DNA from: Haplodiscus bocki
Lineage: Eukaryota
Direction of reading: 5' to 3'
NCBI GenBank assembly: GCA_965655095.1
Contig: OZ296651.1
Coordinates: 92,504,001 to 92,568,000 of the forward strand
DNA length: 64,000 nucleotides
Shown here: positions 10,087-23,129 of the stretch, piece by piece
Position numbering within the stretch: position 1 is the first letter of the stretch
How the letters are laid out: each line of letters starts with the position of its first letter
The notes under the pieces: generated by a model
The model's input: only the letters and a program-made list of their open reading frames with translations
Databases searched by the model: none
What the model was told of the DNA's origin: nothing
Program-made: the position numbers and the translations under genes

Positions 10087-10684
10087 GTGTAGCTATTTGT
10101 TTCACTGGTTGAATTTTATTGTTTGCTGGTGCAATATTTGTTGTTTTTTTGAAAACTTATTTTTTTGTTCCCTTTCTTTGATGAAATTGAGTGAGAAAAA
10201 GTTCATCCACAACTTCTATGTAAGGTAACACTCCCTTAGGCAGCCGAAGCCGCAACCTATCTTAGTACATTGCAGAAGTTCACCCTAGCGTAATACATAG
10301 CTGCACACCCTCCTCAGCCACCACTCTCTATAACCTACTTCAAAACTTGATCAGGTCGGTTCTCTGCATGATCATAGGACGTGACGTCATCATAAATGAG
10401 TCATTGAAATCAGACTACTTATCTCTGTACGTTGCAAACCTCATAGTCTCTGGTAGAACCTTGTTAAATAGCATTCCTTATCTACGTATATTGATGAAGA
10501 AAATCGGATCGGATTGGTTGTCTTAATACGTCTTCTTACGTTCATCACAGTTGGGGTAAACAAAGCCTAGCCTAACAGAATAGCTTGGTTAACCGAACCC
10601 ATACCATACATTAAAACATTTTCGAAACGTGCCCTGTTTTGATGAACGCATGAAAATTTGGCAAACTTCTGCAAAAGGAGTACA

Positions 10685-11260
10685 TTCAAAATCTGACACG
10701 TTATAAAATATTCAATTCGAAGTCTGACGCGTTGTAAAAAAAGTTGATTCGAAATCTGACAAGGTGAAAAATTTTTATTTCAAAATTATTCTTTTTACAA
10801 AATTTTTTCAAAATCATGCCTTTTCGAAAAAAATTTTTCTTCAAAATCGTGCTTTTTAAAAATGCACCTAAAACGGAAGAATTGCGCATTTTACGGGGTA
10901 AATTGAATCAAAACCTGATTGTTTGTGTGCAAAGTATTTTTTCAAAATCTGCTTTTCAAAAATAAATTTTTCTTAAAAATCATGCTTTCAAAAAATTATT
11001 TTTCTTCAAAATCATGTTTTTTAAAAGTATATATTTCTTCAAAATCTGACGCGTCGTAGAAATTTCAATTCAAAATCTAACACGTATTTTTATCAATCCG
11101 AAATCTGACTCGTTGTGAAACTTTTAAATCAAAATCGGACGCGTTGTTAAAATTTTGTTTCAAAATCTGACGCGTTAGAAAATTTTTATTCAAAAACTGA
11201 CATGTTTTAAAACTTTTTCTCCGAAACCTGATTTTCATCTTGTTTTTCAGATTCTGACTG
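10685..11260. repeat. Tandem array of aaaatctgacgcgttg-type units (mirror copy 14290-14860)
   Basis: Recurrent caaaatctgacgcgttgtaaa / ttcaaaatcatgcttt motifs. Confidence 0.75.
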
Positions 11261-12391
11261 AATGATGATATCTTCAGTCAACGTTAATACCAACTTATTT
11301 TAAAGAGGAGAATTAGAAGTCAATGCCTGTTATAGATTTAGTCGCCAGGTGTACAACTGACAGCTGCCACACGACAATACGTCTCTCAATATGTGAGGAA
11401 TAGCATTATGACAACACACAATTTTCACAGTAGTTACAGACAGAACTCTGTGGAGCATAAAATGTAGCAGATCAGCAGTGTTTCTCGAAATACACCGTTG
11501 TGAAAACAAAAGGAAACCGTGTTTAGCTAGAATTCCATCCATTTTCTCCAATGTTTTTGTGTGAGCAACAAGAAGAAGAGCGATGGAAAGAAGCTGACAC
11601 CTACTCAGCATCTACCCGACATTGGCTGCCGGACGTTACCTACCACAATCTCGACACTTATGTAAATTAACAATGCCTAATCGAAAACCGAATTTCAAGA
11701 CATGTGTGGCTCAAAACACGCCTTAGGTGCTCCCATAAATTACCGAAACCTAAACTCATCTTCAAAAATAGCAGAGTTAAAGCGTAATTTGATACATAAG
11801 TGTATGACCTTCTCAGCTTCCAGGCTATTTCACCGTTTTTAAATGTCTGCACGGTCTGGCTCTACACGCTATCACAATGCATTGCCGAACAAAATCAGCT
11901 CGATTTGCACATCATAATACATTGGCGGTCTTATGCACTCGGTTTTTGCTGAAAGCTTAAACTTATCTCAAGTTAAGGACTCGGACACCCAAATCCATAC
12001 CATACACTATTAAATTGCGGAAATATACCCTGTCTTAATACATTGGCGGACAGTGTACGCTATCTTATTACTTTGCTGAGGTATACGCTGCCTTATTACT
12101 CTGTTGGGCTATACCCAGCATTAATACATTGTTGTGGTATACTCTGCCTTAATAAATTGCTGGGCTATACCCAATCCTAACACATTTCTGAGGTAAATCA
12201 AACCATTTAACATTGCTGAGTAATTCCCAATTTTAATGCACTGATGAGCTATACCGAATCTTAATACATTGTTGAGGTAGGCCCTGTCTTACTACATTGC
12301 TGAGCTGTTCCTAATCCTATAACATTGCTGAGTCATATCTTGTCCTATTACATTGCTGAGCTATTCTCAATCCTAAAACGTTGCTGATGTA

Positions 12392-12591
12392 NNNNNNNNN
12401 NNNNNNNNNNNNNNNNNNNNNNNNNNNNNNNNNNNNNNNNNNNNNNNNNNNNNNNNNNNNNNNNNNNNNNNNNNNNNNNNNNNNNNNNNNNNNNNNNNNN
12501 NNNNNNNNNNNNNNNNNNNNNNNNNNNNNNNNNNNNNNNNNNNNNNNNNNNNNNNNNNNNNNNNNNNNNNNNNNNNNNNNNNNNNNNNNNN
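12392..12591. other. Assembly gap (200 N) flanked by a 536-bp exact duplication (11856-12391 = 12592-13127)
   Basis: Run of N with identical sequence on both sides. Confidence 0.95.
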
Positions 12592-15500
12592 CTGGCTCTA
12601 CACGCTATCACAATGCATTGCCGAACAAAATCAGCTCGATTTGCACATCATAATACATTGGCGGTCTTATGCACTCGGTTTTTGCTGAAAGCTTAAACTT
12701 ATCTCAAGTTAAGGACTCGGACACCCAAATCCATACCATACACTATTAAATTGCGGAAATATACCCTGTCTTAATACATTGGCGGACAGTGTACGCTATC
12801 TTATTACTTTGCTGAGGTATACGCTGCCTTATTACTCTGTTGGGCTATACCCAGCATTAATACATTGTTGTGGTATACTCTGCCTTAATAAATTGCTGGG
12901 CTATACCCAATCCTAACACATTTCTGAGGTAAATCAAACCATTTAACATTGCTGAGTAATTCCCAATTTTAATGCACTGATGAGCTATACCGAATCTTAA
13001 TACATTGTTGAGGTAGGCCCTGTCTTACTACATTGCTGAGCTGTTCCTAATCCTATAACATTGCTGAGTCATATCTTGTCCTATTACATTGCTGAGCTAT
13101 TCTCAATCCTAAAACGTTGCTGATGTATACTTTGTCTCATTATATTGCTGAGATGTTCCCAATCTTAAAACATGGGAATAGCTCAGCAATGTAATACGAC
13201 AAGATATGACTCAGCAATGTTATAGGATTAGGAACAGCTCAGCAATGTAGTAAGACAGGGCCTACCTCAACAATGTATTAAGATTCGGTATAGCTCATCA
13301 GTGCATTAAAATTGGGAATTACTCAGCAATGTTAAATGGTTTGATTTACCTCAGAAATGTGTTAGGATTGGGTATAGCCCAGCAATTTATTAAGGCAGAG
13401 TATACCACAACAATGTATTAATGCTGGGTATAGCCCAACAGAGTAATAAGGCAGCGTATACCTCAGCAAAGTAATAAGATAGCGTACACTCTCCACCAAT
13501 GTATTAAGACAGGGTATATTTCCGCAATTTAATAGTGTATGGTATGGATTTGGGTGTCCGAGTCCTTAACTTGAGATAAGTTTAAGCTTCCGGCAAAAAC
13601 CGAGTGCATAAGACCGCCATTGTATTATGATGTGCGATCCGAGCTGATTTTGTTCGGCAATGCATTGTGATAACGTGTAGAGCCAGACCGTGCAGACATC
13701 AAAAAACGGTGAAATAGCCTGAAAGCTGAGAAGGTCGTACACTTGTGTATCGAAGTATGCTTTAATTCTGCTATTTTTGACGATGAGTTTAGGGTTCGGT
13801 AATTTATGGGAGCACCTAAGGTGTGTTTTGAGCCACACATGTCTTGAAATTCGATTTTCGTTTAAGCATTGTTAGTTTAGATAAGTGTCAAGATCGTGCT
13901 AGGTAACGTCAGGCAGCCAATATCGGGTAGATGCTGTGTAGCTGTCAGCTTCTTTCCATCGCTCTTCTTCTTGTTGCTCACATGAAAACATTGGAGAAAA
14001 TGGATGGAATTCTAGCTGAAGAGCGGTTCCTTTTGTTTTAACAAAGGTGTATTTCGAGAAACTCTGCTGATCTGCTACATTTTATGCTCCACAGAGTTCT
14101 TTCTGTAACTACTGTGAAAATTGTGTGTTGTCATAATGCTATTCCTCACATATTGAGAGACGTATTGTCGTGTGGCAGCTGTCAGTTGTACACCTGGCGA
14201 CTAAAGCTATAACAGGCATTGACTTCTAATTCTCCTCTTTAAAATAAGTTGGTATTAACGTTGACTGAAGATATCATCATTCAGTCAGAACCTGAAAAAC
14301 AAGATGAAAATCAGGTTTCGGAGAAAAAGTTTTAAAACATGTCAGTTTTTGAATAAAAATTTTCTAACGCGTCAGATTTTGAAACAAAATTTTAACAACG
14401 CGTCCGATTTTGATTTAAAAGTTTCACAACGAGTCAGATTTCGGATTGATAAAAATACGTGTTAGATTTTGAATTGAAATTTCTACGACGCGTCAGATTT
14501 TGAAGAAATATATACTTTTAAACAACATGATTTTGAAGAAAAATAATTTTTTGAAAGCATGATTTTTAAGAAAAATTTATTTTTGAAAAGCAGATTTTGA
14601 AAAAATACTTTGCACACAAACAATCAGGTTTTGATTCAATCTACCCCGTAAAATGCGCAATTCTTCCGTTTTAGGTGCATTTTTAAAAAGCACGATTTTG
14701 AAGAAAAATTTTTTTTCGAAAAGGCATGATTTTGAAAAAATTTTGTAAAAAGAATAATTTTGAAATAAAAATTTTTCACCTTGTCAGATTTCGAATCAAC
14801 TTTTTTTACAACGCGTCAGACTTCGAATTGAATATTTTATAACGTGTCAGATTTTGAATGTACTCCTTTTGCAGAAGTTTGCCAAATTTTCATGCGTTCA
14901 TCAAAACAGGGCACGTTTCGAAAATGTTTTAATGTATGGTATGGGTTCGGTTAACCAAGCTATTCTGTTAGGCTAGGCTTTGTTTACCCCAACTGTGATG
15001 AACGTAACAAGACGTATTAAGACAACCAATCCGATCCGATTTTCTTCATCAATATACGTAGATAAGGAATGCTATTTAACAAGGTTCTACCAGAGACTAT
15101 GAGGTTTGCAACGTACAGAGATAAGTAGTCTGATTTCAATGACTCATTTATGATGACGTCACGTCCTATGATCATGCAGAGAACCGACCTGATCAAGTTT
15201 TGAAGTAGGTTATAGAGAGTGGTGGCTGAGGAGGGTGTGCAGCTATGTATTACGCTAGGGTGAACTTCTGCAATGTACTAAGATAGGTTGCGGCTTCGGC
15301 TGCCTAAGGGAGTGTTACCTTACATAGAAGTTGTGGATGAACTTTTTCTCACTCAATTTCATCAAAGAAAGGGAACAAAAAAATAAGTTTTCAAAAAAAC
15401 AACAAATATTGCACCAGCAAACAATAAAATTCAACCAGTGAAACAAATAGCTACACTTAAATATAATTACAGTTCATCACAAACGGCGGAATTCCATCCA

Positions 15501-15619
15501 TTGCCCCAGGTTTCCAGAGATCAGTCAACTCTTCAACTGTAGCAACTGTTTCGTTCACTCGTCCGTCTGGTAGGTAATTTCGTTGAAAGAATGCAAAGCT
15601 GACGCGCAATCCCTTCCTT

Positions 15620-16135
15620 TTACTGTCCATCCTTCGCAATGGAGAGAACACCGGATGAGTCTGTTCTAGGTTGGTGAGTTGTTGGTTGAGGGTACTTATT
15701 GGACATAGAGTATCTATCATTAGTGTGGTTGAGCGACATAAGAGCTGCTGGAACTATGTCCCTTAAACTGTACGGGTTCAGAAAGATATCAGAGTTATGC
15801 TTCTCATCAATAAAACAGTTATATTGATCGTTACTGGGAATGCACTTGGGTTTTTCACAGGATCTGGTTATGTAATTCCGTTCTCGATTGATCTGTCTGA
15901 TTTTTGTAGGAGTTTCAGGATAGAAAGCAATACCACAATCCAAATCTTCATAGGTCACGATGTTCTCCTTATCAATGAAGTGCACAATGTCATCGAAAGA
16001 TACAGTTTTTCTGAAATTCTGGCCACAATTTGATATAAAATCATCTTCTGGACGCAAAATAGAATGAATTGCAAGCTTTGTAGGATCATAAGGAGAGACT
16101 TGGGCTCTAATAAAGCTGCACATCGCTTCCTGCAA
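15620..16135 (-). CDS. Hypothetical element-borne protein with RVxF-like motif (longer copy)
   Basis: Open 171-codon frame extending past the palindrome arm. The start codon is uncertain. Confidence 0.35.
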   Translation of the reverse strand: MQEAMCSFIRAQVSPYDPTKLAIHSILRPEDDFISNCGQNFRKTVSFDDIVHFIDKENIVTYEDLDCGIAFYPETPTKIRQINRERNYITRSCEKPKCIPSNDQYNCFIDEKHNSDIFLNPYSLRDIVPAALMSLNHTNDRYSMSNKYPQPTTHQPRTDSSGVLSIAKDGQ

Positions 16136-17599
16136 GGGAAAAGTTATTCAATTTCGACAAAGTTGAGCACTGAATTTGATGGTAAGCAGGTATTGATGAG
16201 AAACTTCACCAGTGGTTGGGTACGTTCGTAGCTGGAAGAAGCGAGTTGCTGTTGTTTGTAACAATTTTTGAAGAATGGTTTTTCAGAGTAGCAAGTTACT
16301 GCTTTTATATGATTTTAACCGATTCATACCTGCTTTATATGGACAACCTTTCTTTTTTTGATCAAAGCTACAACGATTTCCATATATGGGAAGTGTTTCC
16401 TTTTTTGGGGCCTTGGTGCAATTTTTAACACTGTTTTGTTTTTCAATCTTTTGTTCAGAGTAATTTGTCCAGACAACCTGTCGCCTTATCAGGGGACTTT
16501 ATTTTTCTTAAGCGATTTTCTCAGACACGCTGTCTGTGACGTTAATCCCCGTGAATATTTTTGCCAGACAGTCTGTCACCATAAAAGATGAACTTGTTCC
16601 ACCTGAGTTGGTTTCACAGACAAACACTCTCATCCCTTTAGCTAGTTTTTAATTTTTAAATGTAAATAGTCCCTTTTTAAAAATGAAAGAAATTGATTGA
16701 CAGCTCCTCTCATGGTTGGTCTTTCCTTTTTTTGGACATTCGATATCTGACATAAAATAATGAGTAACAGTTGCTACATAATTTCGCCATTAATTCTTTT
16801 TCATTGCTCCAGTAAAGTTGCTACAAACTTTACGTTTACTTCAGAAACTTCTCTTATACTACTATTACTCGAATGTCTCCCATCAAACGCAACGAAAAAA
16901 ATCACTCGTGAAAATTGTGGAACACAAACTAGAAGAAGCATTTTCTGACGGTACACGAGATGTTCAACTGGGACGCTTCATTTTTTTCAGACACAATTGC
17001 TCAACAACTTCCCAGACTTACCTCGCTTTACTTTTTTAATTTTCTCAATTGACCATTGAATTATGACTGAACTTTTCGTTGACAACATTCAGGTGATTTT
17101 TAACAATTAAACATTCTGGAAAGCTGGAAATTATTCTCCTGCAATTGAAAAGTTAGAGCACCGTTCGGGCATTTTTCACCCTAGCTATCTACCCAATAAT
17201 CTTTGTAGCTTCCATTGAGTGTCCGGACTCTACAAATTTGACCGGTAAGAACACGTTTTGTACTACTATCTAGTTCTGTAGTTCAAGTAGGTCGGGTTAA
17301 TATCTATATATGGAAGCGACTTCCTGTCACAGGTCAAGTTCACTTTATTTAAAAAAGAAATAACGATGTAGTCACTCCGTGCTTGTCTCGCTGTATGTTG
17401 ATCATTTATCTCTTCCAGCCGCTTACGGAACTGTTTTATATATTTGAAACTCGTGAATCAGCTTGTTGAAACTATTGCATGATAATTGGTCTACAGGATT
17501 TCCCTTTATGGCAATGATTTAAAATTTGTGTCCATAAAGTACATGTAGGTATTAGGTTGTCTGTTTGTAATTTAGTTACGTCAATTTTTGATTGTGCTA

Positions 17600-18180
17600 T
17601 TGGGTGACGTAATACTCGATTCTGATTGGCCGTCGACAACGTTTCGCGAAAGCTGGCAGCAGTATATTAAAATCGATTGTAGTTCGACAATGCACTAAGA
17701 TAGTTTATAGCTCAGCAACGTATTAATGTTGGCTATACTTCAACGTGTTAGGATTGCGTATAGCTCGGCAATGTAATGATTTACGGTTTAACTCAGCAAT
17801 GTAATAAAGTTAGGTATCCCTTAACAATGTTTTAGGATTGGGTATAGCTTAGCAATGTATTGAAACTGGGAATTGCTTAGCAATGTAACAAGATAGGGCA
17901 TAACTCAACAATGTGTTACGATTGGGTATAGCTCCACAATGTATAAAAACAGGGTGTATTTCAGCAAAGTAATAAGATAGCGTACACTACCCACCAATGT
18001 ATTGAGACGGTATACTTCGGTAATGTAGTAATAAATGGTTTCGATTTGGATGTCCGAGTCATAAAATTGAGATACGGTGGGGTTTTCGGCAAAAACTGAG
18101 TGTATGAGTCCGTCAATGTATTAGGAGGCGCAATCCAAGCCGATTTTTTTTCCACAATATATTATGGAAGCGTGTAGAGC
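17600..18180 (+). repeat. Diverged third copy of the Polinton-like subterminal 29-bp repeat block
   Basis: caaagtaataagatagcgtacact.. matches ~13467-13512. atactcgattctgattggc matches 9158. Confidence 0.75.
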
Positions 18181-19329
18181 CGGTCGCCTCAACTTTTCGC
18201 CCACTTTCCTGCACATACTCTCGGCTTTATTTGGCATTCAAATTAAGAGAAGCCATAAAAAACATGAGTTCATTATTTAGTTTTAAACATATTGCTACCA
18301 AAGTAAAAAAAATGGTTGATATGACTTCCTGTTCTTTGATTTTCACACAAAGACTCCTGTCTCAATCATTTTGTATGCTTGCATCTACTCAAACTCCATG
18401 ATTTGTGTAGACAAACCCAAAGAAAGCCTGAAAACACAGTTTATCTGTCAACTTTCACAACTTTGTTGCTGTATCTTACAGCTATGCAAACTCTGTTGCT
18501 GTGCGTTCAAACCATTTTTTGTTAGTTGAGTGACTCTTGGACGCAAGAGTACAAAAACTGCTTGATGGTCATGCTGCTTAATGGTCATGCTGTGACGCAA
18601 AACTATGTTTTTGTGGTTTTTCAATCAGAAGCAACTAAAAGCAATTCCCACGACTAATTGATCAGACATGTTAAAGAGACAATAGTCATGAAAATCCTTA
18701 TGCGATTTAGAACAAACGTCAGCTATATGGCATTTATATGTGGCCGTTTGATTGAGATCTGTAACACTCATACAATCACTTTTGGTTATCAAACCCAATT
18801 TTTCTCACAATTTACCTTCAAGTTACATTTAGCATGAAATGCCTTTGATTGGTTACTGTGAGTATAAGGACCAGGAGTGATGAAGGTAAACATCAGATCA
18901 AGAGTTGCACCGGTGAACATTGCTTCTTCCAGTTCAAGAAATGCGGCTTTAATTTAACGTAAAGTGTTGCAATACACAACCTTATGTAAAAAATACCATC
19001 ATTGTACACTGAGCGAAATTAAAACCCAACTCCTTGCTTGTGTCTCAATAAATTGCGTGGATCAGAAACAACACTCAATCTCGGACTTTTTAACAAAATC
19101 TATTGAAAATACGCTGCAAACTTGTGTTGACGTAGCAAATGAGTACCTGCAGGCGTACAATACAGGCGCAGACGTGGAAAATCATCCTTTTTGTAGTCTG
19201 CATCAATGTAAATGTGCAGGTTATACAATGTTTTTGTTTGCATTTGTTCTCTCTAACTAACTTTTTCGAAAATAAAATCAATAATTTTCCATAGCATTAG
19301 GTCAAAACAGTATCCACAGGAGTAAAAAC

Positions 19330-20231
19330 TAACCGCATCCGTCATAATTAATCCGCGCGGCGGGGGTCCCAGAAAAAAATTCGAAAAAGTCTCACAGTGC
19401 CGAAACTTAGTCATTCAGCCCACTCCCTATCCTTATACATGGAGCCGAACTATACCCTATCTTAATACATTGCCGAACTGTACACTATCTTAATACATTG
19501 ACCTAATTAGTCTAATTAAGTACGCGTATTAAATCTCTCCGACGCTAATCCGCAAACGGGGGAACGATTTTAATTCCCAGTCTGCCGATTACTAGCTCCC
19601 GTGGCGCCGCGGATACATCCGCCTTCGGATTTACTTTTCCACTCCGTCGGCGCAGGTTCGAATCCCCGTAGGAGACCTCGTCTTTCGCCCCCCCCCCCCC
19701 CACTTACGCTCACAATATACTACTTGGGGGAAAAATTATCCGGCGGCGTAAAAACTTATCCGGCGGCGTAAAAATAATCCGGCGGCGGAATAATTATAAG
19801 GGAGCGTCAGCGGACTGCAGGCCGGGCGCGGGTGGACCAAAAATTTGAAAAAAAAATCCGAACATTGTCGCACAGTGCCGAAAATACCCTATTCCATATC
19901 TTAATACATTGCGAGACCATTCTATATCCTTATACATTACCAAACATACTATCTTAATACATTGCCATCCTATCTTAATACATTTCCGAAACTATACCCT
20001 ATCTTAATGCATTGCCAAATCTATACCCTATCTTAATTCATTGCCAAAACTATACCCAATCTTAATACATTGCCGAAACTATACCCTATCTTAATACATT
20101 GCCGAAAGATACCCTATCTTAATACATGGCCGGAAGACCCTTCTTGGCACTGGGCACGAGTCGACTGCTATAGCCTATCTTAATACATGGAGGGTTTTCC
20201 ACCCCCCGTCTGATCAGCTCCGACTACTACT
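19330..20231 (-). mobile_element. Polinton-like terminus (right-hand orientation) ending ...actactact
   Basis: Reverse complement reads agtagtagtcggagctgatcagacgggggg..ctccatgtattaagataggctatagcag. Contains a 29-bp repeat array at ~19890-20130 and 3x atccggcggcg. Confidence 0.7.
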
Positions 20232-23129
20232 GTGGTGTGGCTCGAAAAATAAAATTGGACGTTTTTTTATTCAATAAAATGGGATTTACCTAGTCTCGAG
20301 CCCCTATATGACTTGAAAATCTTTTTTCCTACGCTCTAGACCAGCAGGCTGGGGTAGCAGAAAAATCAGTGGGTGGTAGAAGCATATTAAAAATACAGAA
20401 AACACTGTTTTAAAACCGAAACATACGAAAAATCCGAAAATCAGACGTATTCTCGAAAAAATGACCGTAACTCGTCTCGAACCCGTATATATGGCTAGAG
20501 AACCATTTTGTCCTACCCTCTAGATCACCGGGGCCTTCTAGAGTATCAACAATTTTGCATTGGGTGGGTAGAAGTTTTGTAGAATTTCGTCGATTTCAGA
20601 GGTCTTAAAAAAACGAGAGCGACTGTAATAATAGGACACTTTTTCGTTTAAAAGCGCCAACTAAAAACAATGAAAAGCATGCTTCAAGAGTCAGCAAAAA
20701 TCAATATTCTCAATTTTTCATTTCGAAAACTTCAAATTTTTCGTCGGGAATCCAACAAAGAATATTTTCAGTTAACCTCCACTTGCTCACGTGTTCGTGA
20801 TACATGACTGTTGCATAGCCTCCATATTACTGAAGCTTGCGAAATTGAATCACGACTCGAGAATTGAAAGGATAGATTGACGAAATTTGAAAGCAAGAGA
20901 ACAAAATCCGCTTTTCTACAGATACTTTTCTTCGACGCTTCAATTTTGAAAACAGCTGTCAATTGTTTTGTATTTTTCTGTCAGAATTGATTCAAATCAG
21001 CTCATTCATCAATCTGCACGTATACATTACCGTTTTCCAGCTCGGACTACGGCGTAAAAAAACTTTTTTGTTTCCGAAGAAACTTTTTTTTGCTTCCAAG
21101 AATAATCAAATTATCATCAATTGAAAATATCATTTTCACTGATTTTCTTCTGTTATAAGCTGACAGCGATTACAAATTAGCTGGGATCAAAAGTTGATAC
21201 CAAAATATTTAGTTTAATAATAATTATAATTATCAAGTCAATGATTCCTGAAAATGCTAACATTTTCAGGAATCACTGCGTTTACAACACTTTTGCCACG
21301 AAAGGAACATTTCAATTTCAAACAAACGTTCCGCAACTTAGTTTGGATCAAGCAACAACGAAGAAAACTTCACAATCCTTTCACTCAATTGTGCTTCCAA
21401 TGCACAAATATTTCATTGACGTCTACCGAACACCTCTAACTTCAGAATTATTGCAGATTTCGCTTGAAGAGGTTAAATTCCTGTTTCGATTTGAATTCAG
21501 AACATGAAAATGCATCCCTTCACAAGTAATTTTAGTGGCAATTTCTATTATTCTTTCTTCAAAAGGGAATCTCATTCAAAGATAATACTGACTATCCAAG
21601 AGTCACTTCACATATCTGTCTCATCTGCCAACATGTCGCATTGAACTGCTTCAATTCTAGCTATCTATGCACACCTTTTCTCTGAACATTTTTTTCTTCG
21701 AAAGGAACTAATGCTTGAGACGAGCCATTAATTGCGTACGACAAAGTAGGTATAAAGGCCTGATAGTCATTTGGCTCAAGACACGATTAAATGACACGAT
21801 GCTTTAGAGGCAGTAACAATAAATCAATTTGAAGTTGAAACTTTTTTTTCCACTTTTTTGTCGCATATAAATTGGTGCAAACTAAAATAGTCTCGTTTTC
21901 GGCATAATTAACCTAATTACAAGTAGGTAATTTATTTACTGTTTTCTATCAAAGTAAGTTTTAGTTTATTCTCATAAACTTTCCGTTGATAACTTGGCAG
22001 TGCAATAACTTCTGAGGATAGCATAGGAATAAAATGCTACGCATTAAGCGCAAAATTAGCATAGTCTCACATATGCAAAGCGGAACATATTCTGACATGT
22101 CAGCTGAAATAACGGATTCTAAAAGACACTTGAAATCATGATCGAAGATATGATTGAAACTGTCAGAAATATTACACCAGCTGTCAATTAAAAGTTTGAC
22201 CGAAAAAGTCAATATGAGATAAGTACCGGTGACAGGGTTTCAAACAATAAAATTTGATATGTCAATGATGTTTTTTCAGGTTAGGCCATTGTGCCGCTCA
22301 ATGTTTCAGAAGTTTGTCCAATAAATGTCGAGGCAATACTGCTTATGCATACGACAAAGGTAACTTCTTACAAGACAACTGATGGCTTGTCATATACTTT
22401 CAACTAATTGCTGACATCAATGCATATTATTTTGCAACTAACCAACCCATTTCAGTTGAGCAAGAGCATGAAAAATGATACGTTGACAGGAAAATAGGCA
22501 TCGCATAAATTCAATCTACACAATAGGTTTTTGATAAATCGCCGAATTGAAGAAATTGAATTGGTAGTTAAGAAACAATTTAAAAATTGAGGAACGTCGA
22601 CACCGCATGTTTAGAGCATCATTTTAGAAAATTGATGGTCTTTCAGTTATTGGAATTCACACATAAAAGCTGTCTATTCAACCGCAATTGAAAAGCGTTG
22701 AGCGCGCAGAGTGAAAGAATTTGGAAAATTGACAAAAATCGGCATCAGATTTATTAATTGCTAAGTTTGGACCATAATTTCTAGAAAACGAACCCTCAAA
22801 AAATGTTTCACTTAAATCAGTCTACTATCACTAGCTTTCGATTACAAGTTAGATAAAAAGAAATTGAGTGATTAGTTTGCGAGAAAACGGATTAGAAAAG
22901 TTCACTAAAATCGACATCATATGCATTAGTCGCAATGTTTGGACTAACATTTCTGAAAAAACTTGCTCAGTTAAAATCAATCAATATATAATAGGCTCTT
23001 GACTACATCTTATATAAAAAGAATTGAGAGATCATTCCAAAGAGAAAACCGTTTTGAAATAATGATTAAAATCTCCATTTAAATCCTATTTTCCGTGACT
23101 TTTAACATATCGTAACTGAAAAAGTCAGA

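Larger units (their letters stand above)
9434..16109. repeat. Large inverted repeat (palindrome): arms ~2.9 kb, ~70-bp spacer at ~13105-13173
   Basis: Mirror-image ORFs (9486-9923/15620-16135 and 9823-10086/15457-15720) and reverse-complement identity along the arms. The left arm is inflated by the gap and a 536-bp duplicate. Confidence 0.95.

Noticed and set aside
12348-12653. ORFs spanning the N run
   Set aside because: Artefacts of the assembly gap.
12000-13520. CRISPR-like appearance of ~29-bp periodic repeats (also 9260-9430, 17660-18010, 19890-20130)
   Set aside because: The units are contiguous degenerate tandem repeats with no unique spacers or cas genes, in a eukaryotic context.
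16140-19260. Further element-borne genes (e.g. 18964-19260, a SWIM-like CKH remnant near 18380)
   Set aside because: Too decayed, with no recognisable motif to support a call.
19630-19680. Functional tRNA gene
   Set aside because: Only a T-arm/B-box-like motif is visible. I could not build a cloverleaf.
8993-20231. A single intact 11.2-kb Polinton bounded by the two inverted AGTAGT termini
   Set aside because: The flanks (cacatt versus gtggtg) give no 6-bp TSD, the termini are diverged, and no core genes lie between them. A pile of fragments is more likely.
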